Positions 35,731-45,210 of a stretch of DNA of 63,177 bases are shown here, in pieces. Positions within the stretch are counted from its first letter, which is position 1. Every line of letters starts with the position of its first letter. The notes under the pieces are model-generated. The model ran no database searches, had not been told where the DNA came from, and saw only the letters and a program-made list of their open reading frames with translations. Source of the stretch: Candidatus Omnitrophota bacterium. Lineage in GTDB: Bacteria > Omnitrophota > Gorgyraeia > B26-G9. Both the position numbers and the translations under genes were made by a program. The DNA lies in the NCBI GenBank assembly GCA_043806135.1, contig JAZDHG010000073.1, forward strand, positions 1 to 63,177, read 5' to 3'.

Positions 35731-35770
35731 ATAAGGGAAAACAATCTTTTCCCTTATAGTCCCTTTTTTT
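35731..35770 (+). terminator. Hairpin plus T-run between the 112-aa gene and tRNA-Leu
   Basis: The 11-bp stem ataagggaaaa/ttttcccttat is followed by agtcccttttttt. Confidence 0.5.
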
Positions 35771-35791
35771 CAACTCCCAGGTTGTTTGAAT

Positions 35792-35878
35792 TGGTGCCGA
35801 AGGTGGGAGTTGAACCCACACGTCCTTGCGGACACATGGCCCTGAACCATGCGCGTCTGCCAATTCCACCACTTCGGC
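35792..35878 (-). tRNA. tRNA-Leu (anticodon CAG), CCA encoded
   Basis: The 87-nt reverse complement GCCGAAGTGGTGGAATTGGCAGACGCGCATGGTTCAGGGCCATG.. folds as a cloverleaf. It has a long variable arm, anticodon loop UUCAGGG, T-loop GGTTCAACTCC and the 3' end ACCA. Confidence 0.93.
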
Positions 35879-35919
35879 ACTGGGGTTATATTCTACTATT
35901 AGAATCCTAAAAAATCAAA

Positions 35920-37608
35920 TCATAACTTTTTTTTGTAAGTTATGACAATGATATTTGATGGCTTTAATGTGTATTTTTGCATTAATTGATAGTTTTTTAT
36001 GATTTGATCATCAAAAACATAATCATCATCCGATAAAACCACAAGAAAATCATAGCTGTTATTATCAATTATAGAAGTAGAGATATCCCAGTTTAAAGCG
36101 ATGTTTATATCGGCTCTTTTGTAAAAATTCATGAGTAACCGAAAATAATACGTAAGATCATTATACCAGTGCGATGAAAAACGGTCTGCTGATGTTACAA
36201 GATCAAATAAACCGGCAGTTGTTTGTTGTTTTTGGTCTGGAATATTGCTGTTGTTTATCTGCTTCATGATCTGGCTGACAGTGAAATGGTAATTAGACGG
36301 GAAAGGTTTGTGGGTGTTAATAAACTCTGTTAGCTCGCTTAAAAAAGGCCTTCCCGGCAGAGCATAATAAGAATATGCGAAAAATTGCATGAAACTTACG
36401 ATCAATATTAAAACAAGCAGTATTTTTTTAAAGCGCTTGTCAGTAATACTGCTGATGCCGCAGGCAGTTATCAACGCTAAAGCAGGCAATGCCGGCATAT
36501 AGAAACGTCCCCATTTTCTGGGCAGCAAAGTGAGTATTAAATAAGGAAAAATCGCCCAAAGGAATAATAATACTCTTCCCTTACAATTCTTGTTTTTTAC
36601 AAAAAAGAAGAGGCTAGTGATCAACAGAAAAACGCAGAAGAAAGAAATTTGATCGGGTATCTGTGCCAGATAAAAAAGAATACATTTTAGATTTATACCG
36701 CGGCTAGTTGTCTGGGTGCAGGGACAACTGTCCTCAGGCGAAGCAAAAAGAAAAAGTCCATCCGTCGCAGTATCAGCATTCCCGATAAACGTTTGTGAAT
36801 GCTTCGTCAAGGTAATGGACATTTCTTTAAAAGTGTCTTTTGTGACAATGTTGAATTTATGAAAATTCTCATGCATGAAAAACAAAGATGCCAGCATAAT
36901 AAGAATACTAGTAATTAAATTCAAAAACCTTTGCGGTTTAGCTTTATCCGTGAATTTTATAATTTTAAAAAAGCAGTAGAGTAATCCACCGCTGATAAAA
37001 GCGGCAAAAAGAGGGTGGATCATTATGCCAAATAAACAGGTTATTCCTAAAACAATAGAGTAAGATATTGATTTAAAAAAATTGGTTTTAACCAATAAAT
37101 AATAAGCGCAAACCACGATCGCGGTTAGTGCGATCTCAGGCGTGAGTTTTCGTGAAGCGCCATAAACCATTGGATAAAAGGCAATTAGAAATGCTGAGAG
37201 CAGCCCTGTTTTAGAACAGGACAGGCTTTTGCCAAGTAAATAGGTGAATAAAATTATCAAGGCCAGATAAATTATGTTAAGCTGTGCCAGGTTCAAGAAA
37301 GATAGATTAAACAAAATACTCAGGAAAACAAATACTGCTGCATAGGTGCTGGGTATAGCGGATACAGCAGGTTGTCTGACTTGTAATAACCAGGGATATT
37401 TTATTAGTTTTGTTAAAGAGGTCAAGTAATTAGGCGATGGAGCTTTAATTTGCGCATATATTTCAAAGGCACGTTCGAAATGGAATACCGATTCGCAGCC
37501 AAGCGCATGTCTTCCGTCTTGTCGAATCCAGATCAAATTGTTTACAAGATGAAATAATATTAAAAAACTAAAAAACAGAAGGGAGTAGCCTCTTTTTGAT
37601 AGCTGCAT
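35920..37608 (-). CDS. GT39/ArnT-like polytopic membrane glycosyltransferase
   Basis: It has more than 10 predicted TM segments and an ArnT/PMT-like N-terminal layout. The start is uncertain (ATG at 37608 or TTG at 37644). Confidence 0.65.
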   Translation of the reverse strand: MQLSKRGYSLLFFSFLILFHLVNNLIWIRQDGRHALGCESVFHFERAFEIYAQIKAPSPNYLTSLTKLIKYPWLLQVRQPAVSAIPSTYAAVFVFLSILFNLSFLNLAQLNIIYLALIILFTYLLGKSLSCSKTGLLSAFLIAFYPMVYGASRKLTPEIALTAIVVCAYYLLVKTNFFKSISYSIVLGITCLFGIMIHPLFAAFISGGLLYCFFKIIKFTDKAKPQRFLNLITSILIMLASLFFMHENFHKFNIVTKDTFKEMSITLTKHSQTFIGNADTATDGLFLFASPEDSCPCTQTTSRGINLKCILFYLAQIPDQISFFCVFLLITSLFFFVKNKNCKGRVLLFLWAIFPYLILTLLPRKWGRFYMPALPALALITACGISSITDKRFKKILLVLILIVSFMQFFAYSYYALPGRPFLSELTEFINTHKPFPSNYHFTVSQIMKQINNSNIPDQKQQTTAGLFDLVTSADRFSSHWYNDLTYYFRLLMNFYKRADINIALNWDISTSIIDNNSYDFLVVLSDDDYVFDDQIIKNYQLMQKYTLKPSNIIVITYKKKL

Positions 37609-37728
37609 GGTACTTATTATATATAAACTCAAGGGATTTTTCAATATAAACGAGCAATGATATAGATTGTTTACAGGATTGCGTTGTATTTTTATTTATG
37701 TTACAATAAAACTCCTTGGAGGAAAATT

Positions 37729-38833
37729 ATGCATGAAGAATTAAAAGAGCAATTTAAGCAAATTTCTGAAAAATTCGAACAACTCAGGGGGTATCTTTGA
37801 CCTTGAGACTAAACTCTCCAAAATTACTCCCCTAGAGCAAAAGATGGCCCTGCCTGATTTCTGGGATGATCAGGAAGCAGCGAATAAGATAATCCAGCAA
37901 TTAAAAAACATAAAACGACAGGCAGAACCAATCGTTAAAGCAGAAGCAGATGTTAAGAATATCGGAGAACTTATAGAACTTGTTGACTCTGATGATACTG
38001 AGACCTTAAAGCAAATCAAATCTGAACTTATTGATCTTGAAAAATTAGTTGATAAATTGGAGATCGATCTTTTGCTTTCGGCAAAGGAAGACCGCATGAA
38101 CGCGTTCTTAAGCATTCATGCCGGAGCAGGCGGGACAGAGTCGTGCGACTGGACGAGCATGCTTCTGCGTATGTATAACCGCTGGGCGGAAAATAACGCA
38201 TTCGGGGTGGATAATATTGATTTTCTTGCGGGCGAAGAAGCAGGCATTAAAAGCGTAACAATATTGATCAAAGGGATTTTTGCTTACGGCAAGCTTAAAG
38301 GCGAAAACGGGGTCCACCGTCTGGTAAGAATTTCTCCTTTTGATTCCAATAAACGCAGGCATACATCATTTGCCTCTGTAGAGGTTATCCCGGAAATTGA
38401 TCAGGATATTAATATAGAAATAAAGGAAGAGGATTTGCGTATTGATGTTTACCGCTCCGGCGGCGCTGGAGGCCAGCATGTGAATACAACTGATTCCGCT
38501 GTGCGTATTACACATATTCCAACCGGTTTAGTTGTTCAATGCCAGAATGAGCGTTCACAGATCAAAAACAGGGCCATGGCCATGAAAATGCTGAAATCAA
38601 AACTCTATGAAAATGAGTTAAAACAAAGACAGGAAGAGGCCGAGAAACAGCATCACCTAAAGAAAAAAATAGAATGGGGCAGCCAGATCCGCTCTTATGT
38701 TATGCATCCTTACAGCATGATAAAAGACCATCGCACAGGAGTAGAAACAGGAAACGTGCCGGCTGTTATGGACGGAAAGCTGGATGATTTTTTAGAGGGA
38801 TTTCTGAAGTGGAAAGTGAAAGATAACAGTTAA
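37729..38833 (+). CDS. prfB: Peptide chain release factor 2 with programmed +1 frameshift
   Basis: Frame 0 runs from ATG 37729 to CTT TGA (37795-37800), preceded by the SD-like AGGGGG, which gives the canonical AGG GGG TAT CTT TGA C site. The +1 frame continues from 37799 to 38833 and carries the SPF and GGQ motifs. Confidence 0.93.
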
Positions 38834-38837
38834 TAGA

Positions 38838-38876
38838 GGTTACTAGTGGTTAATAAAAGTTACTAAAGGTTACAGG
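38838..38876. repeat. Phased word repeat (GTTA every 10 nt, 4 copies) starting 5 nt after the prfB stop
   Basis: In ggttactagtggttaataaaagttactaaaggttacagg, GTTA occurs at offsets 2, 12, 22 and 32. Confidence 0.8.
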
Positions 38877-39006
38877 TAAAAACAACTCATAGGAAAAGCA
38901 GAAAAAACCTAACGCAAATATAGTTTAAGTTTACAAGTTGCGCGCTGGCGGGTTTGCGTATTAGCGAAAAGAAAAACTGAGAAAATTTTAATGTTGGTTT
39001 CTTGAA

Positions 39007-39052
39007 GCAACTATTAGTAACCAATAGCAACTGTTTGTAACTGCTGGTAACC
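39007..39052. repeat. Phased word repeat (G[CT]AAC every 10 nt, 5 copies)
   Basis: In gcaactattagtaaccaatagcaactgtttgtaactgctggtaacc, the word occurs at offsets 1, 11, 21, 31 and 41. Confidence 0.8.
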
Positions 39053-39102
39053 GAAAAAATGTTAACTATTTTGTAATTTATTGCAACGGTCTCAACTTAC
39101 AA

Positions 39103-40320
39103 ATGAATCAGACACTATTTGAAGATAAACACATATACAGCGTAACTGAACTGACAAAGGATATACGGGATATCCTGACGGATAGTTTTCCTAATGTCTG
39201 GGTCCAGGGAGAGATTTCGACTCTGCGCCTTCCTCAGTCAGGACATATGTATTTTACGCTTAAGGATAAAAGTGCACAGCTGAAATGCGTATTTTTCCGC
39301 GGCGATAATATGAAATTAAAGTTTAAGCTGGAAGAAGGCATGGAATGTATCTCACTTGGCCGGATCAGTGTTTACGATCAATCAGGGCAGTATCAATTAT
39401 ATGTGGAATCAGTCGAGCCTGTGGGCAAGGGTGCTTTGCAAGAGGCTTTTGAGCAGTTGAAGAAGAAACTTGAGGCAGAAGGGTTATTTGATAAAAGCAG
39501 AAAACGCGAAATCCCTTTTTTACCGAAAAATATCGGAATAGTTACATCATCAACCGGTGCGGCAATACGCGATATTCTTAATATTATCAACCGCCGGTTT
39601 GCTAATGTGCATATTATTATAAGACCATGCCTTGTCCAGGGGAAAACCGCAGCAGTTGATATTGCGCAAGGGATAAAAGACCTGAACGATTATAAAGAAA
39701 TTGATGTTATTATTGTCAGTAGAGGCGGCGGCAGCTTTGAAGATCTCTGGGCTTTTAATGAAGAGCCGGTTGCCCGGGCTGTTTATAGCTCTAAGATTCC
39801 CGTGATCTCGGCCGTGGGACATGAGATTGACTTTACTATCTGTGATTTTGTCGCAGACTTAAGAGCGCCTACGCCATCAGCGGCAGCTGAGCTTGTAGTG
39901 CAGGAAAAAGAGCAGATAGTTAATACTTTGAATGCGTTGCAGGCAAGAATGACCGAGGCAATAATGCAGAAAATCAGGCTCTCAAGAATGAGTTTCGAAA
40001 GACTTGCCGAAAGCTATGCAATGCGCAGGCCGCAGGTTATCGTAGAGCGGTATCAGCAGGACCTTGATAATCTGCAAATGCTTATATCTTCACGTGTTGA
40101 CCATCTTTTAAAGGAAAAACACGGATTATTAAAGCAGGTAAGCGCAAGGCTTGTTAACCTTAATCCTCTGGCTATATTATCCCGTGGTTATAGTGTAACT
40201 TATTTAACCCCGGAGCGAAAAGTAGTTAAAAACACGCAAGGGTTAGAAAAAGGGGATATTATAGAGACAAAATTGCACAAAGGTGTTATTATAAGTCAGA
40301 TAAAGGAGACTCAAGAATGA
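39103..40320 (+). CDS. xseA: Exodeoxyribonuclease VII large subunit
   Basis: It has an N-terminal OB fold (VWVQGEISTLR..SGHMYFTLKD) and a catalytic core. It overlaps xseB by 4 nt. Confidence 0.9.
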   Translation: MNQTLFEDKHIYSVTELTKDIRDILTDSFPNVWVQGEISTLRLPQSGHMYFTLKDKSAQLKCVFFRGDNMKLKFKLEEGMECISLGRISVYDQSGQYQLYVESVEPVGKGALQEAFEQLKKKLEAEGLFDKSRKREIPFLPKNIGIVTSSTGAAIRDILNIINRRFANVHIIIRPCLVQGKTAAVDIAQGIKDLNDYKEIDVIIVSRGGGSFEDLWAFNEEPVARAVYSSKIPVISAVGHEIDFTICDFVADLRAPTPSAAAELVVQEKEQIVNTLNALQARMTEAIMQKIRLSRMSFERLAESYAMRRPQVIVERYQQDLDNLQMLISSRVDHLLKEKHGLLKQVSARLVNLNPLAILSRGYSVTYLTPERKVVKNTQGLEKGDIIETKLHKGVIISQIKETQE

Positions 40321-40553
40321 AAGAACTTTCTTTTGAACAGGCTCTGAAAAAGCTTGAAAAAATAGCTGAAGAATTAGAAGGTGAAGATGTAACGCTGGAA
40401 GTATCCTTAAAACATTATGAAGAGGGTATGAAATTGATCGGTATTTGCAGTAAAAAGCTGCAGGAAGCAAAGAAAAAAGTTGAAATACTGGTTAAAAAAG
40501 ATGGTAAGAAATTTCAGCTGAATTCTTTTAATGAGGAAGATATTAAAGAGTAG
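40317..40553 (+). CDS. xseB: Exodeoxyribonuclease VII small subunit
   Basis: The 78-aa protein begins SFEQALKKLEKIAEELE, typical of XseB. It is coupled to xseA. Confidence 0.85.
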   Translation: MKELSFEQALKKLEKIAEELEGEDVTLEVSLKHYEEGMKLIGICSKKLQEAKKKVEILVKKDGKKFQLNSFNEEDIKE

Positions 40554-40582
40554 GATCGGTTAATAAAAAAGAAGGCAATATC

Positions 40583-42472
40583 ATGGAGAATATTTTAAAC
40601 TCAATTTACAGACCGCATGATCTAAGGAAATTGTCAATGCCGGATCTGAAGAAGCTTTCTAAAGAAATACGTGATCTTATAATTGACACTGTTTCTAAAA
40701 CAGGCGGGCATTTGGCAAGTAATCTGGGTACAATAGAGCTGACCATAGCGTTGCATTACTGCCTGAACATGCCGGATGATGTCATCCTCTGGGATGTGGG
40801 GCATCAGGCTTATACGCATAAAATATTAACAGGCAGAAGAAATGATTTTTCCACTTTAAGGCAGCCGGGCGGGTTAAGCGGTTTTCCGGATATTGAAGAA
40901 AATCCTACATTTGATTTTTTTACAGTAGGCCACAGTTCAACTTCTATTTCATGGGCCCTGGGGCTTGCCTGCGCCCGTGATCTTGTTAATGTAGAAAAAA
41001 GAAAAATAGCTGTTGTTATCGGCGATGCAGCGCTTGCTAACGGCATGGCATTTGAAGCGCTGAATCATACCGGGCATTTAAACAAAAATTTAATGATTAT
41101 TTTAAACGATAATGAACACAGTATTTCGCCAAGTATCGGCGCTTTAAGTAAATATCTAAACCGCCTTACATCCAGCCCTATTTATAACCGCATAAGAGCG
41201 GATGTGGAAAAACTGCTTAAACGGGTTCCCTGGTTTGGATTCAGGACTCTGCGCGCGGCAAAACGTCTTGAACGGGGATTAATAAAGCTGCTGGTTCCGG
41301 GGATGTGGTTTGAGGAACTGGGATTCAGGTATTTTGGCCCGATAAGCGGCCAGGATATCCCGACCATGATATCTACGTTTCAAAATGTTTCGCAATTGAA
41401 TGAGCCGGCGATCGTGCATTTAATAACAAAAAAAGGCAAAGGATATAAGCATGCGGAAAATTCACCTTCAAGATACCACAGTGCTGGTAAGTTTGAGATC
41501 TGCTCAGGCGCCATGTGCAAATCAAGCGGCCAGTCGTTCACAGAAGTTTTTAGTGATAAGATTGTAGAACTTGCGCGGAAAGACGAAAAGATTGTAGCAA
41601 TTACAGCGGCAATGCTTGAAGGGACAGGGCTTGAAAAGTTCAGCGAGGAATTTCCGGATAGATTTTTTGATACAGGTATAGCTGAAGAACATGCGGTTGG
41701 TTTTGCCGCAGGGCTTGCACGCGGCGGGTTCAGACCGGTAGTTGCAATTTATTCAACTTTTCTGCAGAGAAGTTTTGACCAGATAATCCATGACGTATGT
41801 CTGCAGAAGTTACCGGTAGTTTTTGCGCTGGATAGAGCGGGGATCGTTCCTGACGACGGACCGACGCATAACGGAATTTTTGACCTTGCTTACTTACGGC
41901 TTATTCCGAATATGGTGATAATGGCTCCTTCTGATAAGGATGATTTTGAAAGGCTATTAACCCTGGCGGTGGCGATGAACCCGCCTTGCGCAATCCGCTA
42001 TCCAAAGGACTGTGTGCCTGAACTGCCATATGAAAAAACAAATGCAATAATTCCCATAGGCAAATCCAGGGTTTTAAAGCGGGGTAAGGATGTCGCGATC
42101 ATTGCCTTAGGCAGCATGGTAGCGCCGGCATTACAGGCCGCTGAATTGCTGATAGAAGATGATATTTACGCAGAGGTTGTTGATGCGCGTTTTGTTAAGC
42201 CTTTAGATGAGGACATGATCAGAGAAAAGTCTGAAAAGTTTAAAGCAATAATTACGGTTGAAGACGGAGTGATAGCCGGAGGGTTCGGCAGTGCTGTTTG
42301 CGAATATATGCAGAATAATATTATTCATCCGTGTCCTGTGAAAATCCTGGGAATCCCAGATAAATTCCTTAAGCATGGCAAACGCGATAAACTGCTGGCT
42401 CAATGCGGACTTAGTCCGGAAGGCATCAGAAAATCCATAAAAGAATTTAACGATGCTTTAATAATAAAGTAA
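40583..42472 (+). CDS. dxs: 1-deoxy-D-xylulose-5-phosphate synthase
   Basis: GHLASNLGTIELT, the ThDP motif IGDAALANGMAFEALN and a transketolase-like C-terminus are present. Confidence 0.95.
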   Translation: MENILNSIYRPHDLRKLSMPDLKKLSKEIRDLIIDTVSKTGGHLASNLGTIELTIALHYCLNMPDDVILWDVGHQAYTHKILTGRRNDFSTLRQPGGLSGFPDIEENPTFDFFTVGHSSTSISWALGLACARDLVNVEKRKIAVVIGDAALANGMAFEALNHTGHLNKNLMIILNDNEHSISPSIGALSKYLNRLTSSPIYNRIRADVEKLLKRVPWFGFRTLRAAKRLERGLIKLLVPGMWFEELGFRYFGPISGQDIPTMISTFQNVSQLNEPAIVHLITKKGKGYKHAENSPSRYHSAGKFEICSGAMCKSSGQSFTEVFSDKIVELARKDEKIVAITAAMLEGTGLEKFSEEFPDRFFDTGIAEEHAVGFAAGLARGGFRPVVAIYSTFLQRSFDQIIHDVCLQKLPVVFALDRAGIVPDDGPTHNGIFDLAYLRLIPNMVIMAPSDKDDFERLLTLAVAMNPPCAIRYPKDCVPELPYEKTNAIIPIGKSRVLKRGKDVAIIALGSMVAPALQAAELLIEDDIYAEVVDARFVKPLDEDMIREKSEKFKAIITVEDGVIAGGFGSAVCEYMQNNIIHPCPVKILGIPDKFLKHGKRDKLLAQCGLSPEGIRKSIKEFNDALIIK

Positions 42473-42602
42473 ATAGCCAATGGTCGATAGCATATTTTAG
42501 TAACTAATATTTTTTTGCTTTTAATTCGTAATTCATAATTCATAATTTATAATTACTAACTGGACTTTGTCACTATTAACTCTAAACAAAGGAATATCAT
42601 TT

Positions 42603-43928
42603 ATGCCGGTAGTTCGTTTTGCCCCCTCACCAACCGGATTTCTGCATATCGGCGGCGCGCGTACCTGTCTGTTCAACTGGCTCTATGCCCGTTCTACAAG
42701 TGGTAAGTTTATTCTGCGTATCGAAGATACGGACAAGGTTCGTTCTGAGGCAAAATATCTTGAGGAAATCCTGGAGAGTCTTAAATGGATGGGGCTTGAC
42801 TGGGATGAGATCTATTATCAAAGCAAGCGGTTTGATATTTACCGCGAACATGCGCAAAAGCTAATGGATGAGGGCAAAGCCTACAAAGACGGTGAGGCGA
42901 TAATTTACAGAATACCTCAGGATGCTAAAATACGCTTTTTTGATGTTTTAAGAGGTGAGATTGCTGTTGATACAGAACAGTTAAAGGACCAGGTTATGAT
43001 AAAATCAGACGGGTCGCCTGCCTATAATTTCTGCTGCGTTGTCGATGATGCATTGATGGGCATAACGCATATAATCAGGGGAGATGACCATATTGCCAAT
43101 ACGCCAAAGCAGATCATGCTTTATGAGGCTCTCTCGTTTAAGCCCCCGAAGTTTGTGCATATTCCCATGATACACGGGGAAGACGGCTCGCGCATGTCCA
43201 AGCGTCACGGGGCAACTGCGATAAGTGAATACAGGAAGCAGGGATATTTACCGGAAGCCCTGGTTAATTATCTGGCATTGCTGGGATGGAACCCGGGAAC
43301 GAATAAAGAGATCTTTAGTAAAGATGCCCTGATAAAAGAGTTTTCACTCAAGCGTGTTAATAAAACAGCAGCAATTTTTGATATTAACCGTTTGAGCTGG
43401 GTTAACGGACAGTACATCAAGAAGATGGATATTGAAAAGCTTATACAGCTGATCGTTCCTCGCTTAAAGGAGAAAGATTATATAGAGGATGATTATAATA
43501 AGCAGTGGCTGAGCGGTCTTATTGAACTTTATAAGACCAGATTGCCTACTTTGGAACATTTTGCAAATCTTGCTGTATTTTTCTTTTCGGATGATTTTCC
43601 TTATGATGAAGAAGCGGTTAAAAACTTTTTAATGACGCTTGATGCATCTATTTATCTTGAGAAATTCAAGCAGGTTTTAGAGAAAACAGAACCATTTAAG
43701 CATAAAGTGATCGAAGAGAATATCCGCAGACTTGTCGAGAGCATTGGTATTCAGGCCGGGGATGTTATACATCCTGTGCGTGTAGCTTTGACCGGAGGAA
43801 CTGTAAGCCCGGGTATTTTTGAGGTGATTGAATTCCTGGGCAAGGAAAAGTCAGTTGCCCGTTTGTCAAAGATAATAAGAAAGATAAAACTGCGCGCAAA
43901 CATATTTGACAAGCTGAAAGAACTTTGA
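42603..43928 (+). CDS. gltX: Glutamate--tRNA ligase
   Basis: RFAPSPTGFLHIGGAR (HIGH motif) and RMSKR (KMSKS motif) are present. ATG at 42603. Confidence 0.93.
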   Translation: MPVVRFAPSPTGFLHIGGARTCLFNWLYARSTSGKFILRIEDTDKVRSEAKYLEEILESLKWMGLDWDEIYYQSKRFDIYREHAQKLMDEGKAYKDGEAIIYRIPQDAKIRFFDVLRGEIAVDTEQLKDQVMIKSDGSPAYNFCCVVDDALMGITHIIRGDDHIANTPKQIMLYEALSFKPPKFVHIPMIHGEDGSRMSKRHGATAISEYRKQGYLPEALVNYLALLGWNPGTNKEIFSKDALIKEFSLKRVNKTAAIFDINRLSWVNGQYIKKMDIEKLIQLIVPRLKEKDYIEDDYNKQWLSGLIELYKTRLPTLEHFANLAVFFFSDDFPYDEEAVKNFLMTLDASIYLEKFKQVLEKTEPFKHKVIEENIRRLVESIGIQAGDVIHPVRVALTGGTVSPGIFEVIEFLGKEKSVARLSKIIRKIKLRANIFDKLKEL

Positions 43929-43976
43929 TACCATACACGAATTAACACGAATAGCACACGAATTAAACACAAATTG
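43929..43976. repeat. Phased word repeat (CACGAA/CACAAA at 10-11 nt) starting right after the gltX stop
   Basis: ataccatacacgaattaacacgaatagcacacgaattaaacacaaattg. Confidence 0.75.
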
Positions 43977-43978
43977 CT

Positions 43979-44518
43979 GTGAATAAAATAGATAATTTTT
44001 GTACACGTAAAAATAATCGATTAACAGTCCATGATTATGCGTCTTGTGGTTATTATTACGTGACTATTTGTACAGACGGACGTAAAGAATAGTTAGGAAA
44101 TATTACGCATAATCGGATGGCAATTAGTGTTTGTGGGATAATATGCCGGGAATGCTGGTTAGATCTACCAAACCATTACAATAATATAATCATTGATACA
44201 TTTATAATTATGCCTAACCATATACATGGCATTTTAATTATTGATGATTTAAATAAGAGGGAGGGTTATAAACCCTCCCCTACAGATAAATCGTATTTAT
44301 TATCCGAAATAATTCGTGGTTTTAAAACATTTTCATCAAAACGAATTAATAAAATTATAAACAAAGATAATAAATTTAAATGGCAAAGGTCATTTTACGA
44401 CCATATTATTAGGAATGATAAGTCATTATATAATATCCGTGAGTATATCGCGAATAATTCCGCAATGTGGGAGAAAGATGGAAATAATATAAATATGCTT
44501 GTAGGGACAGGTTTGTAA
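43979..44518 (+). pseudogene. RAYT / IS200-like Y1 (HUH) transposase interrupted by an in-frame TAG
   Basis: The frame runs from GTG 43979 (..HDYASCGYYYVTICTDGRKE) to TAG at 44090-44092, then continues in the same frame (..CRECWLDLPNHYNNIIIDTFIIMPNHIHGILII..WQRSFYDHIIRN). The HUH and catalytic Tyr regions are intact. Confidence 0.7.
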
Positions 44519-44678
44519 CCTGTCCTTTATGGAATTTTTCATAAAAAATTAATTGTAATGCGTTTAAAAAATAATGCCCCGTGGTGCCCTGCACCAGAAA
44601 GGCCTGAATTGCTGCGCAATTAAGAAATAAGCAGGCCTTACGGTACATGGTTAAAATAATTGGCAACATTTATCCCGT

Positions 44679-44765
44679 ATCGTGTTTGCCATAGGCAAAC
44701 TCTGATTCGGGACGCTTGATTGTTTACCACTGAATCGTGATTTTGCAAAGCAAAATCTCTGGTTC
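44679..44765. repeat. Two REP-like palindromic units downstream of the RAYT gene
   Basis: The units are atcgtg-gtttgcc-ata-ggcaaac-tctgattc (44679-44708) and atcgtg-gattttgc-aaa-gcaaaatc-tctggttc (44734-44765). The flanks are the same, while the stems differ but remain complementary. Confidence 0.65.
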
Positions 44766-44791
44766 AGAGCTGGATCTGTTATTATTGTTAA

Positions 44792-45055
44792 ATGAATTAC
44801 GTATATGTAATATATAGTGCGTCAGAAGATAGATTTTACATAGGATATACAAAGGACATAAAGCGGCGTATAGCGGAACATGAAGCAGGCAGGAATCACA
44901 CAACGAGCAGATACGCGCAAAGAAAAGTTATATTCTATGAAGCATTTTTTACTGAAAGCGATGCGAGAAGGCGAGAAGAATATTTTAAAACAACCAAAGG
45001 AAGAAAAGCATTGCGAATAATGCTAAGAGATACTTTGGATAATAAAAGCAGCTAA
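44792..45055 (+). CDS. GIY-YIG nuclease-domain protein (UPF0213-like)
   Basis: YVYVIYSASEDRFYIGYTKDIKRRIAEHEAG, 87 aa. Confidence 0.8.
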   Translation: MNYVYVIYSASEDRFYIGYTKDIKRRIAEHEAGRNHTTSRYAQRKVIFYEAFFTESDARRREEYFKTTKGRKALRIMLRDTLDNKSS

Positions 45056-45066
45056 AATCAATCAAC

Positions 45067-45141
45067 TGCCCCGTGGTGTAATTGGTAACACGCTTGATTC
45101 TGGATCAAGTATTCATGGTTCGAGTCCATGCGGGGCAGCCA
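45067..45141 (+). tRNA. tRNA-Gln (anticodon CUG), CCA encoded
   Basis: The 75-nt cloverleaf has acceptor TGCCCCG/CGGGGCA, anticodon loop TTCTGGA, T-arm CATGG-TTCGAGT-CCATG and the 3' end GCCA. Confidence 0.93.
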
Positions 45142-45179
45142 CTTAAATCTCTCAAACTTAAGATCGAGAGATAATAGAG

Positions 45180-45210
45180 ACCCTGATAAGTAATCCTTAT
45201 CAGGGTTTTT
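45180..45210 (+). terminator. Hairpin plus T-run downstream of tRNA-Gln
   Basis: The 11-bp stem accctgataag/cttatcagggt is followed by ttttt. Confidence 0.6.

Noticed and set aside
35660-35910. ORFs 35660-35872 (-) and 35725-35910 (+).
   Set aside because: Both overlap the tRNA-Leu gene (35792-35878) and its flanking hairpin. They are translation artefacts of a structured RNA locus.
42619-42864. Alternative-frame and antisense ORFs within gltX, the DUF2924 gene and the Gly-zipper gene (42619-42864, 42627-42857, 47298-47582, 47350-47565, 48091-48306, 48593-48865).
   Set aside because: They overlap genes that have strong family motifs or better coding character, and they carry no independent signals.
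44090-44092. Stop-codon reassignment (TAG or TGA as sense) as an explanation for the interrupted RAYT gene.
   Set aside because: TAG terminates several well-supported genes here (secretin 1 at 15514-15516, the cupin, the Xis-like HTH). TGA terminates secretin 2 and is the regulated stop in prfB. The standard code therefore applies, and the RAYT gene is more simply a pseudogene.
44575-44586. An 11-nt match (gccccgtggtg) to the 5' end of tRNA-Gln, as a possible att duplication.
   Set aside because: It is too short to be significant. It matches the 5' rather than the 3' end of the tRNA, and it lies on the core side of the tRNA, not within the island.
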